A stretch of DNA of 63,796 nucleotides, the filler included, from Thraustochytrium aureum (Eukaryota): assembly GCA_012862495.1 (NCBI GenBank). It is 5 parts of 4 records of this genome, joined end to end, with 100 filler letters (N's around TTAATTAATTAA, not from the genome) between each part and the next. Parts side by side here need not be neighbours in the genome. Positions count along the whole stretch, not along the records: positions 1 to 24,959 come from BLSG01000191.1; positions 25,060 to 43,193 come from BLSG01000191.1; 3 more parts are not named here. One strand, written 5' to 3'. Of the stretch, positions 21,508-33,240 are shown in pieces. Within the stretch, counting starts at the first letter, position 1; the number at the start of each line of letters is the position of its first letter. Under the pieces are notes generated by a model that worked only from the letters and a program-made list of their open reading frames with translations, was not told where the DNA came from and did no database searches. The translations under genes and the position numbers were made by a program.

Positions 21508-22227
21508 TCACAAATCGCCACGCGCGCCAAGCTCGGCCCCGCTCATAACGCCGTCGGGAAGCGCCGAGGAGAACCAGAGCAGCGACACCACAGCTGCAAC
21601 GACAAGGATGGCAGTACCGACCAAGCGCCATGACACGTCCATGTCTTCCGCGACCACGCGCCTCGCGGGCGGGCTTGGAGCCGCTGCGCTTCCCGGCGCC
21701 ACAGCCCCAGCGCTTGCGGCTGCACCCGGGGCTTGTCCTTGTGCGCCGCCAGGCGCGGCTCTGGCCTGCGCGGCGCGTCGCCGCGCCTTGCACAGCTCGA
21801 CGTACTGTGGGAACAGGGCGCAAAAGTCCTTGTTCAGCATGTTCTCCTCGAGCGACTTGGCTGCGAGGGATCGCCGCATTTTTGCTGTCGTTTCGATCGA
21901 CCCCAACGTGCTGGTGTCGTCCAGCATGAAAGAAAGCAGCCCGGACAAGATCGAGCTCACCGACCACATCGGGTTCCACGTCTCGGGGTGGTAATCAGAC
22001 ATGCTCAGACAGAGGCGCACGTTCGTCTTGAATCTACCGTTCGTCGTGTACATGAGAATGGACGGCGGCTTGAACGGATAGTCTTTCGGAAACCTCAGCA
22101 GCCCGTGGTACACGCCGCCCTCGTACACGCTGCCCTTGGGGCCCTCGATCACATAATGCCACTCGAGAATATTCTTTTCGTGCGGCACAGCAACCACATG
22201 CTCCACGGGCGCCTTCTTGAGCAGATC
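21508..22227 (-). CDS. UBC6: ER-anchored ubiquitin-conjugating enzyme E2 J2/Ubc6 (5' end in gap)
   Basis: 'NILEWHYVIEGP..SVYEGGVYHG.L.FPKDYPFKPPSI.M.T.NGRF..N.RLCLSMSDYHPETWNPMWSVSSIL.GLLSFM' plus a C-terminal transmembrane anchor. Confidence 0.95.
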   Translation of the reverse strand, partial: DLLKKAPVEHVVAVPHEKNILEWHYVIEGPKGSVYEGGVYHGLLRFPKDYPFKPPSILMYTTNGRFKTNVRLCLSMSDYHPETWNPMWSVSSILSGLLSFMLDDTSTLGSIETTAKMRRSLAAKSLEENMLNKDFCALFPQYVELCKARRRAAQARAAPGGAQGQAPGAAASAGAVAPGSAAAPSPPARRVVAEDMDVSWRLVGTAILVVAAVVSLLWFSSALPDGVMSGAELGARGDL

Positions 22228-23180
22228 NNNNNNNNNNNNNNNNNNNNNNNNNNNNNNNNNNNNNNNNNNNNNNNNNNNNNNNNNNNNNNNNNNNNNNNNN
22301 NNNNNNNNNNNNNNNNNNNNNNNNNNNNNNNNNNNNNNNNNNNNNNNNNNNNNNNNNNNNNNNNNNNNNNNNNNNNNNNNNNNNNNNNNNNNNNNNNNNN
22401 NNNNNNNNNNNNNNNNNNNNNNNNNNNNNNNNNNNNNNNNNNNNNNNNNNNNNNNNNNNNNNNNNNNNNNNNNNNNNNNNNNNNNNNNNNNNNNNNNNNN
22501 NNNNNNNNNNNNNNNNNNNNNNNNNNNNNNNNNNNNNNNNNNNNNNNNNNNNNNNNNNNNNNNNNNNNNNNNNNNNNNNNNNNNNNNNNNNNNNNNNNNN
22601 NNNNNNNNNNNNNNNNNNNNNNNNNNNNNNNNNNNNNNNNNNNNNNNNNNNNNNNNNNNNNNNNNNNNNNNNNNNNNNNNNNNNNNNNNNNNNNNNNNNN
22701 NNNNNNNNNNNNNNNNNNNNNNNNNNNNNNNNNNNNNNNNNNNNNNNNNNNNNNNNNNNNNNNNNNNNNNNNNNNNNNNNNNNNNNNNNNNNNNNNNNNN
22801 NNNNNNNNNNNNNNNNNNNNNNNNNNNNNNNNNNNNNNNNNNNNNNNNNNNNNNNNNNNNNNNNNNNNNNNNNNNNNNNNNNNNNNNNNNNNNNNNNNNN
22901 NNNNNNNNNNNNNNNNNNNNNNNNNNNNNNNNNNNNNNNNNNNNNNNNNNNNNNNNNNNNNNNNNNNNNNNNNNNNNNNNNNNNNNNNNNNNNNNNNNNN
23001 NNNNNNNNNNNNNNNNNNNNNNNNNNNNNNNNNNNNNNNNNNNNNNNNNNNNNNNNNNNNNNNNNNNNNNNNNNNNNNNNNNNNNNNNATAGTTGGCCGG
23101 GCGGCCCGCGAAGCGACGGGGGCCAGAAATGGCAGCTCTGGCGAAGCAATGCGGCCGAGCAGCCGCCGGGCCGCTTCGTC

Positions 23181-24197
23181 GTGCGGAACAGGTTCGGTGG
23201 GCTTGCGGATGGCACTGCGAAAGCTCGCGTTGCGGAAACGGACTCGGCCCTGAACGCACTCATGCACAATGACCTCCACCGCGGCACCGTGTCCTGGCTC
23301 AACCCTGGCCTCGGAGCTGTACCTGGCGGCAGTGGGTTTGGCGATGAAGTGGACCACGGGGACCTCTGGGGCATCGGCGACGAGACGGACGAGTCGATGC
23401 AGCGCCTACTGGAGCAATCGTTCTCGACGAACCACCGGCAACAATACTCGGCCTCCGCAGATTTCGCTATCGGGGACGACGAAGAACAGGCCATGCTCGC
23501 GGCGGCGTTGCAGCAGTCGCTGGAAGACGCCACAATCGCGGGCGATGCAAAGCCAGGCGCTTCCGGTGCGGCAGCTGCCGCGGCCGAGGCGCCCCTGACG
23601 ACTGCGCAGGCCAGCCTTGCGGCGCAAGAGGCCACGCTTGACGACGAGATCATTCAGCTGCAGATAGACTCGCTGTTCGACGAGTACCCGGACACTGTCG
23701 TTGTGGAGACGATGGCTGTCTTCGAGGAGCTTCAGCAGCGTTACTTTCGCTCGGACGGCCCACAGCCGACGGTAGACAAGGCTTTGGAGGAAGCACAGCG
23801 GCGGATAAAAGCGCGCGAGGAGGAGGGCGAAGTGGACATCCAGTTCGCAGCATTGCAGGGCGAGGTCCCGGACGACATTCTTGCCGAAGCGCGCGAGATA
23901 TTCAAGGACCTCGTCGACAAGCAGCGCGGCGATGGCGGCCAAGCGCCTTCGATCGAGTACGTGTTGAGCATGGCGCAGGACCGGGCTAAAGCGCGCGCGA
24001 AAGAGGCTGAAGATAAAGTTCGCGCAGAGCGCGAGGCCGAGGAGCTGGTCCGCCTCGAGGCGGAGGCCAAGGTCAAGGAGGCAGAGGCTCAATTGCAGGA
24101 TGCTCGGCGTCGCGAGACGCGCGAAGAACGTGCCGCTCGTTTCGCGGCCGCTTTCGAGGAGAAGAGCCGCAAAGCCAAGGAGAACGCTGAGGAGTGA
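23181..24197 (+). CDS. Hypothetical acidic/coiled-coil protein with a UIM-like motif (start uncertain, next to gap)
   Basis: Long ORF with coding-like composition. 'DDEEQAMLAAALQQSLED' resembles a ubiquitin-interacting motif. C-terminal charged coiled coil. Confidence 0.6.
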   Translation: MRNRFGGLADGTAKARVAETDSALNALMHNDLHRGTVSWLNPGLGAVPGGSGFGDEVDHGDLWGIGDETDESMQRLLEQSFSTNHRQQYSASADFAIGDDEEQAMLAAALQQSLEDATIAGDAKPGASGAAAAAAEAPLTTAQASLAAQEATLDDEIIQLQIDSLFDEYPDTVVVETMAVFEELQQRYFRSDGPQPTVDKALEEAQRRIKAREEEGEVDIQFAALQGEVPDDILAEAREIFKDLVDKQRGDGGQAPSIEYVLSMAQDRAKARAKEAEDKVRAEREAEELVRLEAEAKVKEAEAQLQDARRRETREERAARFAAAFEEKSRKAKENAEE

Positions 24198-24959
24198 TGT
24201 TTCCCGGGAACTGGGTACCGGTGGCCATGTGATATTTGCCCCTCCCACACTCCTGGATGCTGTTGCCTTCGTTGTCTGGTAGGGCAGCCAAATTCTGTTT
24301 TCCATAGCCGTTAGCAACCCGGACCAAGCCCTACTCAACATACTCTCTAGCTAGCTAGAGCTAGAGAGTACCTACGAGCGTCTTTCCTGGTCTGCCTTGT
24401 CAGCGCAGGCACAGCGCAGCAGCCTTGTTCTCGTGCAGCGCTCGGGCCAAGATGCCCTCCACGGGCCACAGTCGTTGGACGCCGTCGAGCCTCCCCAGTC
24501 ATTTTTCAACGACTAGGGCACATCCCGCTTCGCAGTAGGAGAGACTGCGTCAGAGTACTCTACCTTACCTTGCATTGCGCGCCACTCACTTCAAGAGAGC
24601 GGCGATCCCGCCCTATTCCGTCATCGTCGCAGCGGCGCAGCGACCAGCCTCACCCCAGACCAGAGCCAAACCAACCGATCGGCGGCAGGCGCACCGCAGC
24701 GTCCAAAGCCGGGCGCATCCTTGGCCGAAGCGAGCAACCAACCGAGCAACCAATCAATCAAGCGGCGCCTGCGGCAGGAGCACCCGCAACGCTCCAGGCT
24801 CGCGCGACCCATCTGCAGCGGTCAACGGATATGCGGTTGGTTGTTCTGGCGGTTTGACTCGCATCGACCTCGACTCGTCCTTTCTCCACTGTCACGCACC
24901 TCGGAGACATCGTGGAATGGTGCCAGGCGCCCTCGCAGCTGTCGACGGCAAAGCTCCCT

Positions 24960-25059
24960 NNNNNNNNNNNNNNNNNNNNNNNNNNNNNNNNNNNNNNNNN
25001 NNNTTAATTAATTAANNNNNNNNNNNNNNNNNNNNNNNNNNNNNNNNNNNNNNNNNNNN
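24960..25059. other. Artificial scaffold linker (44N-TTAATTAATTAA-44N)
   Basis: Stop codons in all six frames with exact 100-bp structure. Identical copies at 43194-43293, 59299-59398 and 62240-62339. Confidence 0.95.
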
Positions 25060-25626
25060 ATCGCGAGCAGCGGGTGCCCGGGGTCTCTGGCGAAGTCGAC
25101 CGCAAGCGCTGATATGGCAGAGGCTGAGCGCGCCCGCTTGGCCAAGTGCGAGAACAAGCACACGCGGGACGGCTCCTTCACCCGGGTCTACCCGCCGCTT
25201 GACCCTGCGTTGGCAAACCACTACGCCCCGTACTTGAGTGCCTCCCGCGCCATGTTTGAGGACAAGGGAATGTCGACGCGCAAGACGCTGGGAAAGGGTC
25301 GCGGCCGCCCGCCGTCGCCGCGAGCTCGGCTGCGAGAAAAGGCAGTTGAATTTGGGATTGGCGCGCCTTGCGGGGCTTTCCCTCAGGCGCTGCCGGACCC
25401 GGCGCGACGCGGCGGGCCGTCAAGGCCCCAGCGCGCTTCAGCAGGGCCAAGCGCCGCTTCCGGCGCAATGCAGCCGGTGCCGCCGCGCATTCGCAGGCCC
25501 TCAATCCCGTTCGACCTGGAGAAGTTTCGAGCGAAGGGGATGCAGCGGCGGAATGTTTTTGATACCTATCTGAAGCGAGCAGCCCCAGCGCCGAGCTTGT
25601 CGGCATTTGGCGCGGGCTTCCCTTGA
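25060..25626 (+). CDS. 3' fragment of a gene, possibly a TTLL-type tubulin polyglutamylase C-terminal region
   Basis: 'RLAKCENKHTRDGSFTRVYPP......HYAPYL' resembles the 'E..h.G.F.RIYP...Y..F' segment that follows the TTL domain in TTLL6/7-like enzymes. Truncated by the linker. Confidence 0.35.
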   Translation: MASSGCPGSLAKSTASADMAEAERARLAKCENKHTRDGSFTRVYPPLDPALANHYAPYLSASRAMFEDKGMSTRKTLGKGRGRPPSPRARLREKAVEFGIGAPCGAFPQALPDPARRGGPSRPQRASAGPSAASGAMQPVPPRIRRPSIPFDLEKFRAKGMQRRNVFDTYLKRAAPAPSLSAFGAGFP

Positions 25627-26567
25627 TCCGGGTCTGCCGCTGAGGTCGCCGTCTGATGGGGTCGGCCGGTGCAGCCTTAGATAGTATTCGAGTCCTCTCG
25701 CGTTGCGTAGAGTTCTCTACATTCTTACAACCTACACATACCTTCAACTTGAAGTACTCTACACTACTGCATTCCCCTCGGGCAGGTTGTTGGCGCACAG
25801 CTGAGCAGCGATCGGTCGGGTGCGCACTGGAGGCGACACGCAGGAGCGAACGCGCAACAAGGGGCAGCGCGAAGTGTTTCAGTCCAAGGCAGACGTCCTG
25901 CGAGCCGAGCGGCAGGCGGACCTACAAAGTGGAGGATGCGGCCCACACGGGTCCGTATTCGCACGGCTCAGCTCAGGGCGCAAGGGAGCGGTTCTCTGAC
26001 CCTGCACGGTGTTGCCGGCGCTGGTGGGGGCGCCCCACGCCGTCATGGCAAGCGGTAGCAAGAACGAGCTGGCCGACGGTGTGCGCGACGGTCTCCAACG
26101 CAACGTGTGCAGGCGGATACGGGCTCGGGCGAGGCTGCCATCCAGCGCTGCGAGGTGGAAATCGCCCTGGTGGAAACGGTGGACCTCGCCATGCTGGCAA
26201 AGCTCGCCTCGTTCAACCAAGTCGAGCCCGAGTCGCTACTCCACAACGGTAACTCTTGAGGCGAACGAGGCCTGCGTCCACCCCATCCATCCGAGTCCGA
26301 CCGATCGCTGACCGCCTTCAGTCAGCCCAGGCACCGATGACGTCCCTCAGCGACGCGAGCAGTCGATGCAGTTGGTTCACTCGCTCACGAGACCGCGCGC
26401 TCGCCGCGGCAGCCTTGCCGGCGCCCTGACGCTGCGTTTGGTGCGTGTTTAGGCAGCGATTATCTGTAGTTTCTGCTTGTTTCTGCTTGCTGTGCGCTTT
26501 CAAGCCATTCCTCTGCAGGCGTGAGGCCTTGCAATGTGAATTGATGTTCAGGTGATTGATTGATTGA

Positions 26568-26598
<31 letters not shown>

Positions 26599-27319
26599 TG
26601 CGGATGGGTGGATGGATGCCAGCGCGCAGAGACCTCGACTCCACTCGTGCGGCCGCGTTTTCTTTGCGTGATTGCTCGCCGAGCGCTGCGATGCGAGCGC
26701 GAAGGACCTCCGAGTCGTGCTGGTGCGCACATCCGAGTTGTTTGGCTTGCCAAGTTGCCATGCATCGTGGCCATGCATGGTGATCAATCAATCAATCACG
26801 TGATCATGTGATTGTTGCCTGTCTTGTAGCGCCGAGTTGGTGATCGCGCGGGTTGGCGGCCGTTTACGCGGCGGCCGCAGGGGTTGTACTCTACTCATCC
26901 CGCGGTGGTGGAGGAGTTGGTCGGGTCACGTTCTTGCTTGGGTAGAAAGAAGGTCGGGTCCGGGCGATGGCGTGAAAGAGCGGCCGCCTGGTTTCGTGAG
27001 TCGCCACGGCTCGACGTCGTCCACTCTCGTCGTCGGCCAGTTGTGAGGAGGTCGGCCAACGCCTCTGAGGCTGGCTTGGGAAACAGCACCTGCCATAGTC
27101 GGCTATCGCGCGGGCGCACGCGTCAAGAGCACCACCTTTTTGACTCGGAACGCCGGAATGCGAGCCTGAGGATGATGATCTTCAAGTCGACGCAGTTCAC
27201 AAGGAGCTGTCTGGCGAAGCCGAGCAGGCAGACCCCAATCGACACCACGACCGCGCAACGAGCGCGCCGCAGGCAGCAGACTCGAGTCCGAAAGGGAAAG
27301 GATTGAAAAGGAGCACAAG

Positions 27320-28503
27320 ATGTGCAAGGTCGATGGGACAAACCGGGCGAGCTCGGCTCAAGCCCAGGCAGAGCAGGAAAAGCTGCCCACCATCGGCGAG
27401 CTGCGCAAGGCTGTGCCCGCGCACTGTTTCGAAAAGTCGACGTTGAAGAGCCTGTTCTTCGTGGCTCGTGACCTGGCGTTTTGCAGCGCCATCGGGTACG
27501 CGGCCTGGGAGTACATCCCCGTCGAGTGGTCAATCAAGGCCATCGCCCTGTGGACCCTGTACGCCATAGTGCAGGGCACCGTGGCGACCGGGGTCTGGGT
27601 TCTGGGCCACGAAGGCGGACACGGAGGGATCTCGAGCTACTCTATTGTCAACGATACTGTCGGGTACGTGCTGCACTCGATCCTGCTCGTGCCGTACTTT
27701 TCCTGGCAGGACAGCCACAGGCGCCACCACGCGCGGTGCAACCACCTCCTGGACGGGGAGTCGCACAACCCGGACCTCAAGCGCAAGGTTTACAAGATGT
27801 ACGAAAAGATCCTCGACACGGTGGGCGAGGACGCCTTTGTGATCATGCAGATCGTCCTTCACCTTGTCTTAGGGTGGCCCATGTACCTGCTGATGCACGC
27901 GACCGGGTCTCGCCGCAGCCCCGTGACTGGGCAAAAGTACACCAAAAAGCCCAATCACTTCAACTGGGGTGCGAGCAACGAGCAGTACCCGGCCAAGTTG
28001 CGCTTCAAGATTTTTCTGTCCTCGCTTGGCGTGATCGCGACGCTCGCAGGGATCGCCGTGCTGGCCAACAAGCTCGGCGCCGCCAAGGTCTCGCTCATGT
28101 ACTTTGGCCCCTACCTCGTGGTGAATGCCTGGCTCGTGGGATACACCTGGCTCCAGCACACCGACCAGGACGCCCCGCACTATGGCGAGGACGAGTGGAC
28201 CTGGATCAAGGGCGCCATGACGACGATCGACCGCCCCTACCCCTGGATTGTGGACGAGCTCCACCACCACATCGGCACGACGCACGTTTGCCACCACCTG
28301 TTTTCCGACATGCCGCACTACAAGGCCCAGGAAGCCACCGAGGCGCTCAAGCCGGTGCTCGGCAAGCACTACCGCTTCGACCCGACCCCGCTGGCGCAGG
28401 CCATGTGGAACACCGCTCGCGACTGCCACTACGTCGAGGGCCTCGACGGAGTGCAGTACCCGCAGTCAATCATCGCCGAGAAGCGTGCGGCCAAAAGCTC
28501 TAG
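27320..28503 (+). CDS. FAD2: Delta-12 (omega-6) fatty acid desaturase, FAD2-type
   Basis: Three His boxes HEGGH, HRRHH and HVCHH. Also 'LVPYFSW', 'GWPMYL', 'NAWLVGYTWLQHT', 'GAMTTIDRPY', 'MPHYKAQEATEALKPVLG'. The true end is probably ...AAKKL* at TAG 28501-28503, with one A missing in 'gccaaaagctctag'. Confidence 0.96.
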
Positions 28504-28828
28504 AGCTCTGGCTCAAGGGACACCGTGCCGAAGGCTGCGATGTTTGTGAGTTAGCGGGGTCCTGCGCTGCGGTGCGCCGGGGCGGGGCGGGCATTTCCAC
28601 CTCGGCCTCGTCGCATTCCAATTTGCTGGACCTCAACCTGAACGTTTTGTCAATCAAGATCAAAAAAACCATCATCATTATTTGCTCAAACTTCGGCAGC
28701 AAGCCCGCTCGGCCCACGGTGGCGATAGCCCAGCATCCACTTGGAAGTGCCAAGCACCTCATGAGTTCCCAGCTGCGCGAGCCGGCTCGCACATTGCAAG
28801 CTCAACGGACAGTCCCGGGCTTCAAGGA

Positions 28829-28829
<1 letters not shown>

Positions 28830-28870
<41 letters not shown>
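28830..28870 (+). repeat. (GCCA)n microsatellite
   Basis: About 10 copies seen directly. Confidence 0.9.
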
Positions 28871-29519
28871 TTGAAAGGCAAGCGAGGCGTTGCTCGAACA
28901 CGCGTCGTGGCCGCAATGTGCGCCGCAGCGCATCCGCTTTGGCTGTCGTCCGTCCGACACATTTCCGCCTTTCTGCTCGCCAGACTGGCCAGGACGAGAC
29001 TGCGATGCGCCAGTCTCAGCTCGCTCGGACGCGGCGCTGGCAGGCCATCATCGGCGACCGAGGGATGAAACCCGTTGTCGTGACTTTCACTCTTGGCGCG
29101 GCCATTCCGACTGTCGGCACGACTGTCGTCATGGCGTCATCTGCGCTTGCGGCTCCTGTTGGGTGACGCAGTCGCTGTCGATGTCGGTACTCTGTACTGA
29201 CTCGAGCGCTCTTCTGGCCACCAACGAACGCGCATTTCGAGCGTGGCCAGTCACGCAATTCGCAGGCCGAGCGCGATCGATCGCGACAGGCAGAGCAGCC
29301 GTGGCGCTCGAAAGGATCCCTGGCACTCGCGCACGCAACGCCCTGGCTCTCGCGTGCGCAACTGTCTTCCTCGCTGCCTTGCAGGGATCCATCCTCAGCG
29401 TCGCCAGGTCGGCGGAAGGCGTTGCGCCCCGGCGACGCGTGGCGCGGGACGTGGTGGACCCACGCAGCCGAGCAAAGCAAGACCCGTGAAGGCAGTTTCT
29501 GTGTGGCACAGGGGCCGCG

Positions 29520-30155
29520 ATGGTTCTGAGGGCTGTGTACCATGCCCTGGCGGGCCTGGCGGAGCGGTCGATGGTGAAGCACAGGTCGGGCTTTGCAAGG
29601 TATCGGGCGCTCGGCAAGCTCGGCGTGACCAAGCACCACGTTTGGCGGGGGCGCAACTCTGTTCTGGACATCGATCTCAACATGCACATGAACAACGCGA
29701 GCTTTGTGTACCTTGCCGAGCTGGCGCGCTGGCACCTGTCCGGGGTGAACGGGCTGCTGGGCGCAGCGCTGGAGAACAAGTGGCAGTTTATGGTGGGCAG
29801 CCAGGCGTTCCGGTACCGGCGGGCGATTCCGCCGTTCGCAAAGTACGAGATCCACACCAAAGTTGATGCCATCGACGACAAGTGGATGTACATGTCGCAA
29901 ACCTTTGTGGGGCCGCAGCAGGCAGACAAGCCGCGCAAGATCTACGCAGAGGCCACCGTGCGCGCTATCATTGTTGCGGTCGACGGCACCAAGATCCCGC
30001 CGAGCAGAGTGATCGACGCGATCGGGGTGCCCCCGGCCGCGGCCCAGCAGCTCGCAAACCCTGAAACAGTGCACAAGTTCAGGGCGTTCCTTGACTGGGA
30101 CGCGGCGACCGATGTTTCGATGAAGGCTTTTGGCACCGACGCCACGCAACCCTAG
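29520..30155 (+). CDS. Hotdog-fold acyl-CoA thioesterase, THEM6/4HBT_2-like
   Basis: 'DIDLNMHMNNASFVYLAELARW', 'FRYRRAIPPFAKYEIHTKV...DDKWMYMSQTF'. Confidence 0.88.
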   Translation: MVLRAVYHALAGLAERSMVKHRSGFARYRALGKLGVTKHHVWRGRNSVLDIDLNMHMNNASFVYLAELARWHLSGVNGLLGAALENKWQFMVGSQAFRYRRAIPPFAKYEIHTKVDAIDDKWMYMSQTFVGPQQADKPRKIYAEATVRAIIVAVDGTKIPPSRVIDAIGVPPAAAQQLANPETVHKFRAFLDWDAATDVSMKAFGTDATQP

Positions 30156-30200
30156 TCTGCAACTCATGCTTTCGTCGTCTGATGCCTGCCACCAACCACT

Positions 30201-30236
<36 letters not shown>

Positions 30237-30303
30237 TTCCCTCCGAGTCGTGCGATGGCCAAGCCTGGCCTGGGCAAAACTCAACAAAATACTTGGATTA
30301 TAC

Positions 30304-30361
30304 TTATTCACATGGCTGTTGCTGGGGCTGTGGTTGCTCCTGTTGTTGCTCGATCCCTGCT

Positions 30362-30393
<32 letters not shown>

Positions 30394-31185
30394 GTCCGAG
30401 AAGGAGGCCAAGACCTGGTCAATAATCGCCCTGAACGGCTTGAGCTCGAGCCCGAGGTCGACGCCCCACTGCAAAACCGTCGAGGAGGTGACCGCCTGCG
30501 CCGGGCGGCACTGCAGCATCTGCTGCGCCGCTGCTACAAGACCAAGAGACCGGCGCGCTGGCCCACGTCGTCGTGAACGAGGCAGGGCTTCGGGAGCGCC
30601 GCGAGCACGTCCAGCGCCCGCAGCACGTTTGCGGCGTGACCACATAGATGGGCGCCTCGGAGTATGTGACCCCCGAGCCGGCGACCAGGCTCTGCCTGTC
30701 TTGTAAAAGGCCGGGCTGTCTGGCCGCAGCACATTGAGTACGCCCTTGAGTCCGAACGACTGCAGCGCGCCGAGTTGGCGCCCTGTCGGCTGCGAGGAAA
30801 ACGCCAGCGAGTCTGTGACCTTGATCATGCTTGCATCCGGTGCCGGCGGGAACGGGGGGTTGGGACAAGGTCTTGTCGCGAGATCCAACAACTTGTTGCG
30901 CAGCACGTTGTACCCGCCTTTGCATGTCGTGTCGAGGCCCAAAAACTTGGTGGCATCCCCGATGTACTCTTCGTTGAAAAACACGTGCGGCACCGTAAAC
31001 GTGCCGGTGGTCCGGATGCAAAACGCAGCGTACGCACCTTCTTTGCCGCAGTCTACCGTCTTGATCACAATCTCGCCCTTGCCGGCCAGCTCGTCCATGA
31101 CGCACTCCCTGAACTTTTCGAGGATCGCCAGCACTTTGCGGCAGTACATGCAGTCCTCCTTCTCGAAAATCGTCACTTGGCCCAT
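30304..31185 (-). CDS. Glutaredoxin - DUF442/BLH phosphatase-like domain fusion protein (three single-base frameshifts near 30700, 30628 and 30537)
   Basis: Grx 'VTIFEKEDCMYCRKV...TGTFTVPHVFFNEEYIG'. Then 'IKVTDSLAFSSQPT..QL..L...G.K.VLN.LRPD', and after frame correction 'LAALPKPCLVHDDVGQRAG'. Poly-Q tail. Confidence 0.75.
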
Positions 31186-32039
31186 CCTCCTCGCGGCCAC
31201 CGGCGAGCCCTAGCACACCTTGCTGGCAACCACCCTCTTCGTTCGCCGCCAGGCCTCGGGCGCGGCGCGGCCTTTGTGCGTCCTGGCTTTCGCCTGGCCG
31301 CGAACGAGCACGAGCTGTCTTTCCGCTGGACACGCGCAGCGCTCGGCCGAGTCCCTCGTCTCTTCTCCAGCGCTTGCTGCTGCGGCTTGCGCTGGTCGTG
31401 GCGCACGCAGGCANNNNNNNNNNNNNNNNNNNNNNNNNNNNNNNNNNNNNNNNNNNNNNNNNNNNNNNNNNNNNNNNNNNNNNNNNNNNNNNNNNNNNNN
31501 NNNNNNNNNNNNNNNNNNNNNNNNNNNNNNNNNNNNNNNNNNNNNNNNNNNNNNNNNNNNNNNNNNNNNNNNNNNNCCCCGTGTGTCTGAACGAACAGGC
31601 TGGCCAACGCACAACATCGCCCAGGGCGCCAGGGCACTTGATGCCAGACGCCGCCTCGCCGTGCTCCTTCGCAGCCCAACGGTACTTGCCGATGCTTCAC
31701 GGGTATGTGCCCGGTGCCCCGGGGGTGTGGGGTTTATCGTTTCCGTGGAGCCTGGCGGATGTCTGCCATGACAAGAGCATGCTGTTTCCTGCATGTAGGC
31801 CTACGTGCTTCTCCTTACTCTACATGCATGGATGCCAACGACGCGCGCCGGGAGGGACGCCGCGTGGACAAGTGTGGGACCAATCACATCGTGCCCACTG
31901 CACAGGCCCGCACACCATGCACGTCGGAATCGACCAATTCCGCAAACCACTCCGTTACCGCGCCATCCCCGAGTAGAGCCCTCCACGCGCGCGGCGTTCC
32001 CGACCGTCGCGCGCCGGACCAGCCCAGGGCCGGTACACC

Positions 32040-32162
32040 TCGGCAGCCACCGCAGCAGCAGCAGCACCAGGCCGGCAACGATCAAGGATACCTCCAGGTG
32101 CGGTCGGACAAGGTAGTTTCCCAAGCGGTCCGCCCACCACCACGACGACCACGAAACCCACC

Positions 32163-32195
<33 letters not shown>

Positions 32196-32225
32196 ACAAC
32201 AACAACAGCAACAGCAGCAGCAGCC

Positions 32226-32264
<39 letters not shown>

Positions 32265-32630
32265 GCAGGCCGGCGATGATCGAGTTCGCTGAGCCCGTTC
32301 TCAAACAAAGTCACATCCCGCCTCACAGGCGGTCCACGACAACCACAACCACGACAAACACAACCACGACAACCACGACAACCTCAACCAGCACCACGGC
32401 AGCAGCAACAACAACAACAACAGCAGCAGGCCGGCGATGATCGAGTTCGATGAGCCCGTTCTCAAACAAAGTCACATCCCGCCTCACAGGCGGTCCACGA
32501 CAACCACAACCACGACAACCACGACAACCTCAACCAGCACCACCACGGCAGCAGCAGCAGCAGCAACAACAGCAGCAGCAGGCCGGCGATGATCGGCTCG
32601 AGCCGACCGCCCAACAACAACGACCTCCTC
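32040..32630 (+). repeat. CAG/CAA microsatellites with a duplicated ~165-bp unit
   Basis: 'cagcaggccggcgatgatcgagttcg..gagcccgttctcaaacaaagtcacatcccgcctcacaggcggtccacgacaaccacaaccacgacaa' occurs twice (~32263 and ~32424), with a partial third copy at ~32576. Copies are separated by CAG/CAA tracts. Confidence 0.85.
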
Positions 32631-33240
32631 AGGTCTGGTCGGACACGGGCTGGCGACACGCGAGAGTCGTGCGGGGCAGGCGGTTGCGGAGCCGTAATGG
32701 ACTTGGTGCGGCGCGCGGACATGCTCTGCGGCGGCGCGTAGGACCAGCTGCTCGGAGCCGCGCGTGAGGGCGTCCCGCTGCGGTCGTGGTTGTGGTGCTG
32801 GCGCTGGGCGTGCGATGGATGCNNNNNNNNNNNNNNNNNNNNNNNNNNNNNNNNNNNNNNNNNNNNNNNNNNNNNNNNNNNNNNNNNNNNNNNNNNNNNN
32901 NNNNNNNNNNNNNNNNNNNNNNNNNNNNNNNNNNNNNNNNNNNNNNNNNNNNNNNNNNNNNNNNNNNNNNNNNNNNNNNNNNNNNNNNNNNNNNNNNNNN
33001 NNNNNNNNNNNNNNNNNNNNNNNNNNNNNNNNNNNNNNNNNNNNNNNNNNNNNNNNNNNNNNNNNNNNNNNNNNNNNNNNNNNNNNNNNNNNNNNNNNNN
33101 NNNNNNNNNNNNNNNNNNNNNNNNNNNNNNNNNNNNNNNNNNNNNNNNNNNNNNNNNNNNNNNNNNNNNNNNNNNNNNNNNNNNNNNNNNNNNNNNNNNN
33201 NNNNNNNNNNNNNNNNNNNNNNNNNNNNNNNNNNNNNNNN

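Noticed and set aside
21733..23357. ORFs running through long N tracts
   Set aside because: Their length is an artefact of N translation, and the frame across gaps is unknown.
25656..26311. Short overlapping ORFs upstream of the desaturase
   Set aside because: No consistent frame or recognisable homology.
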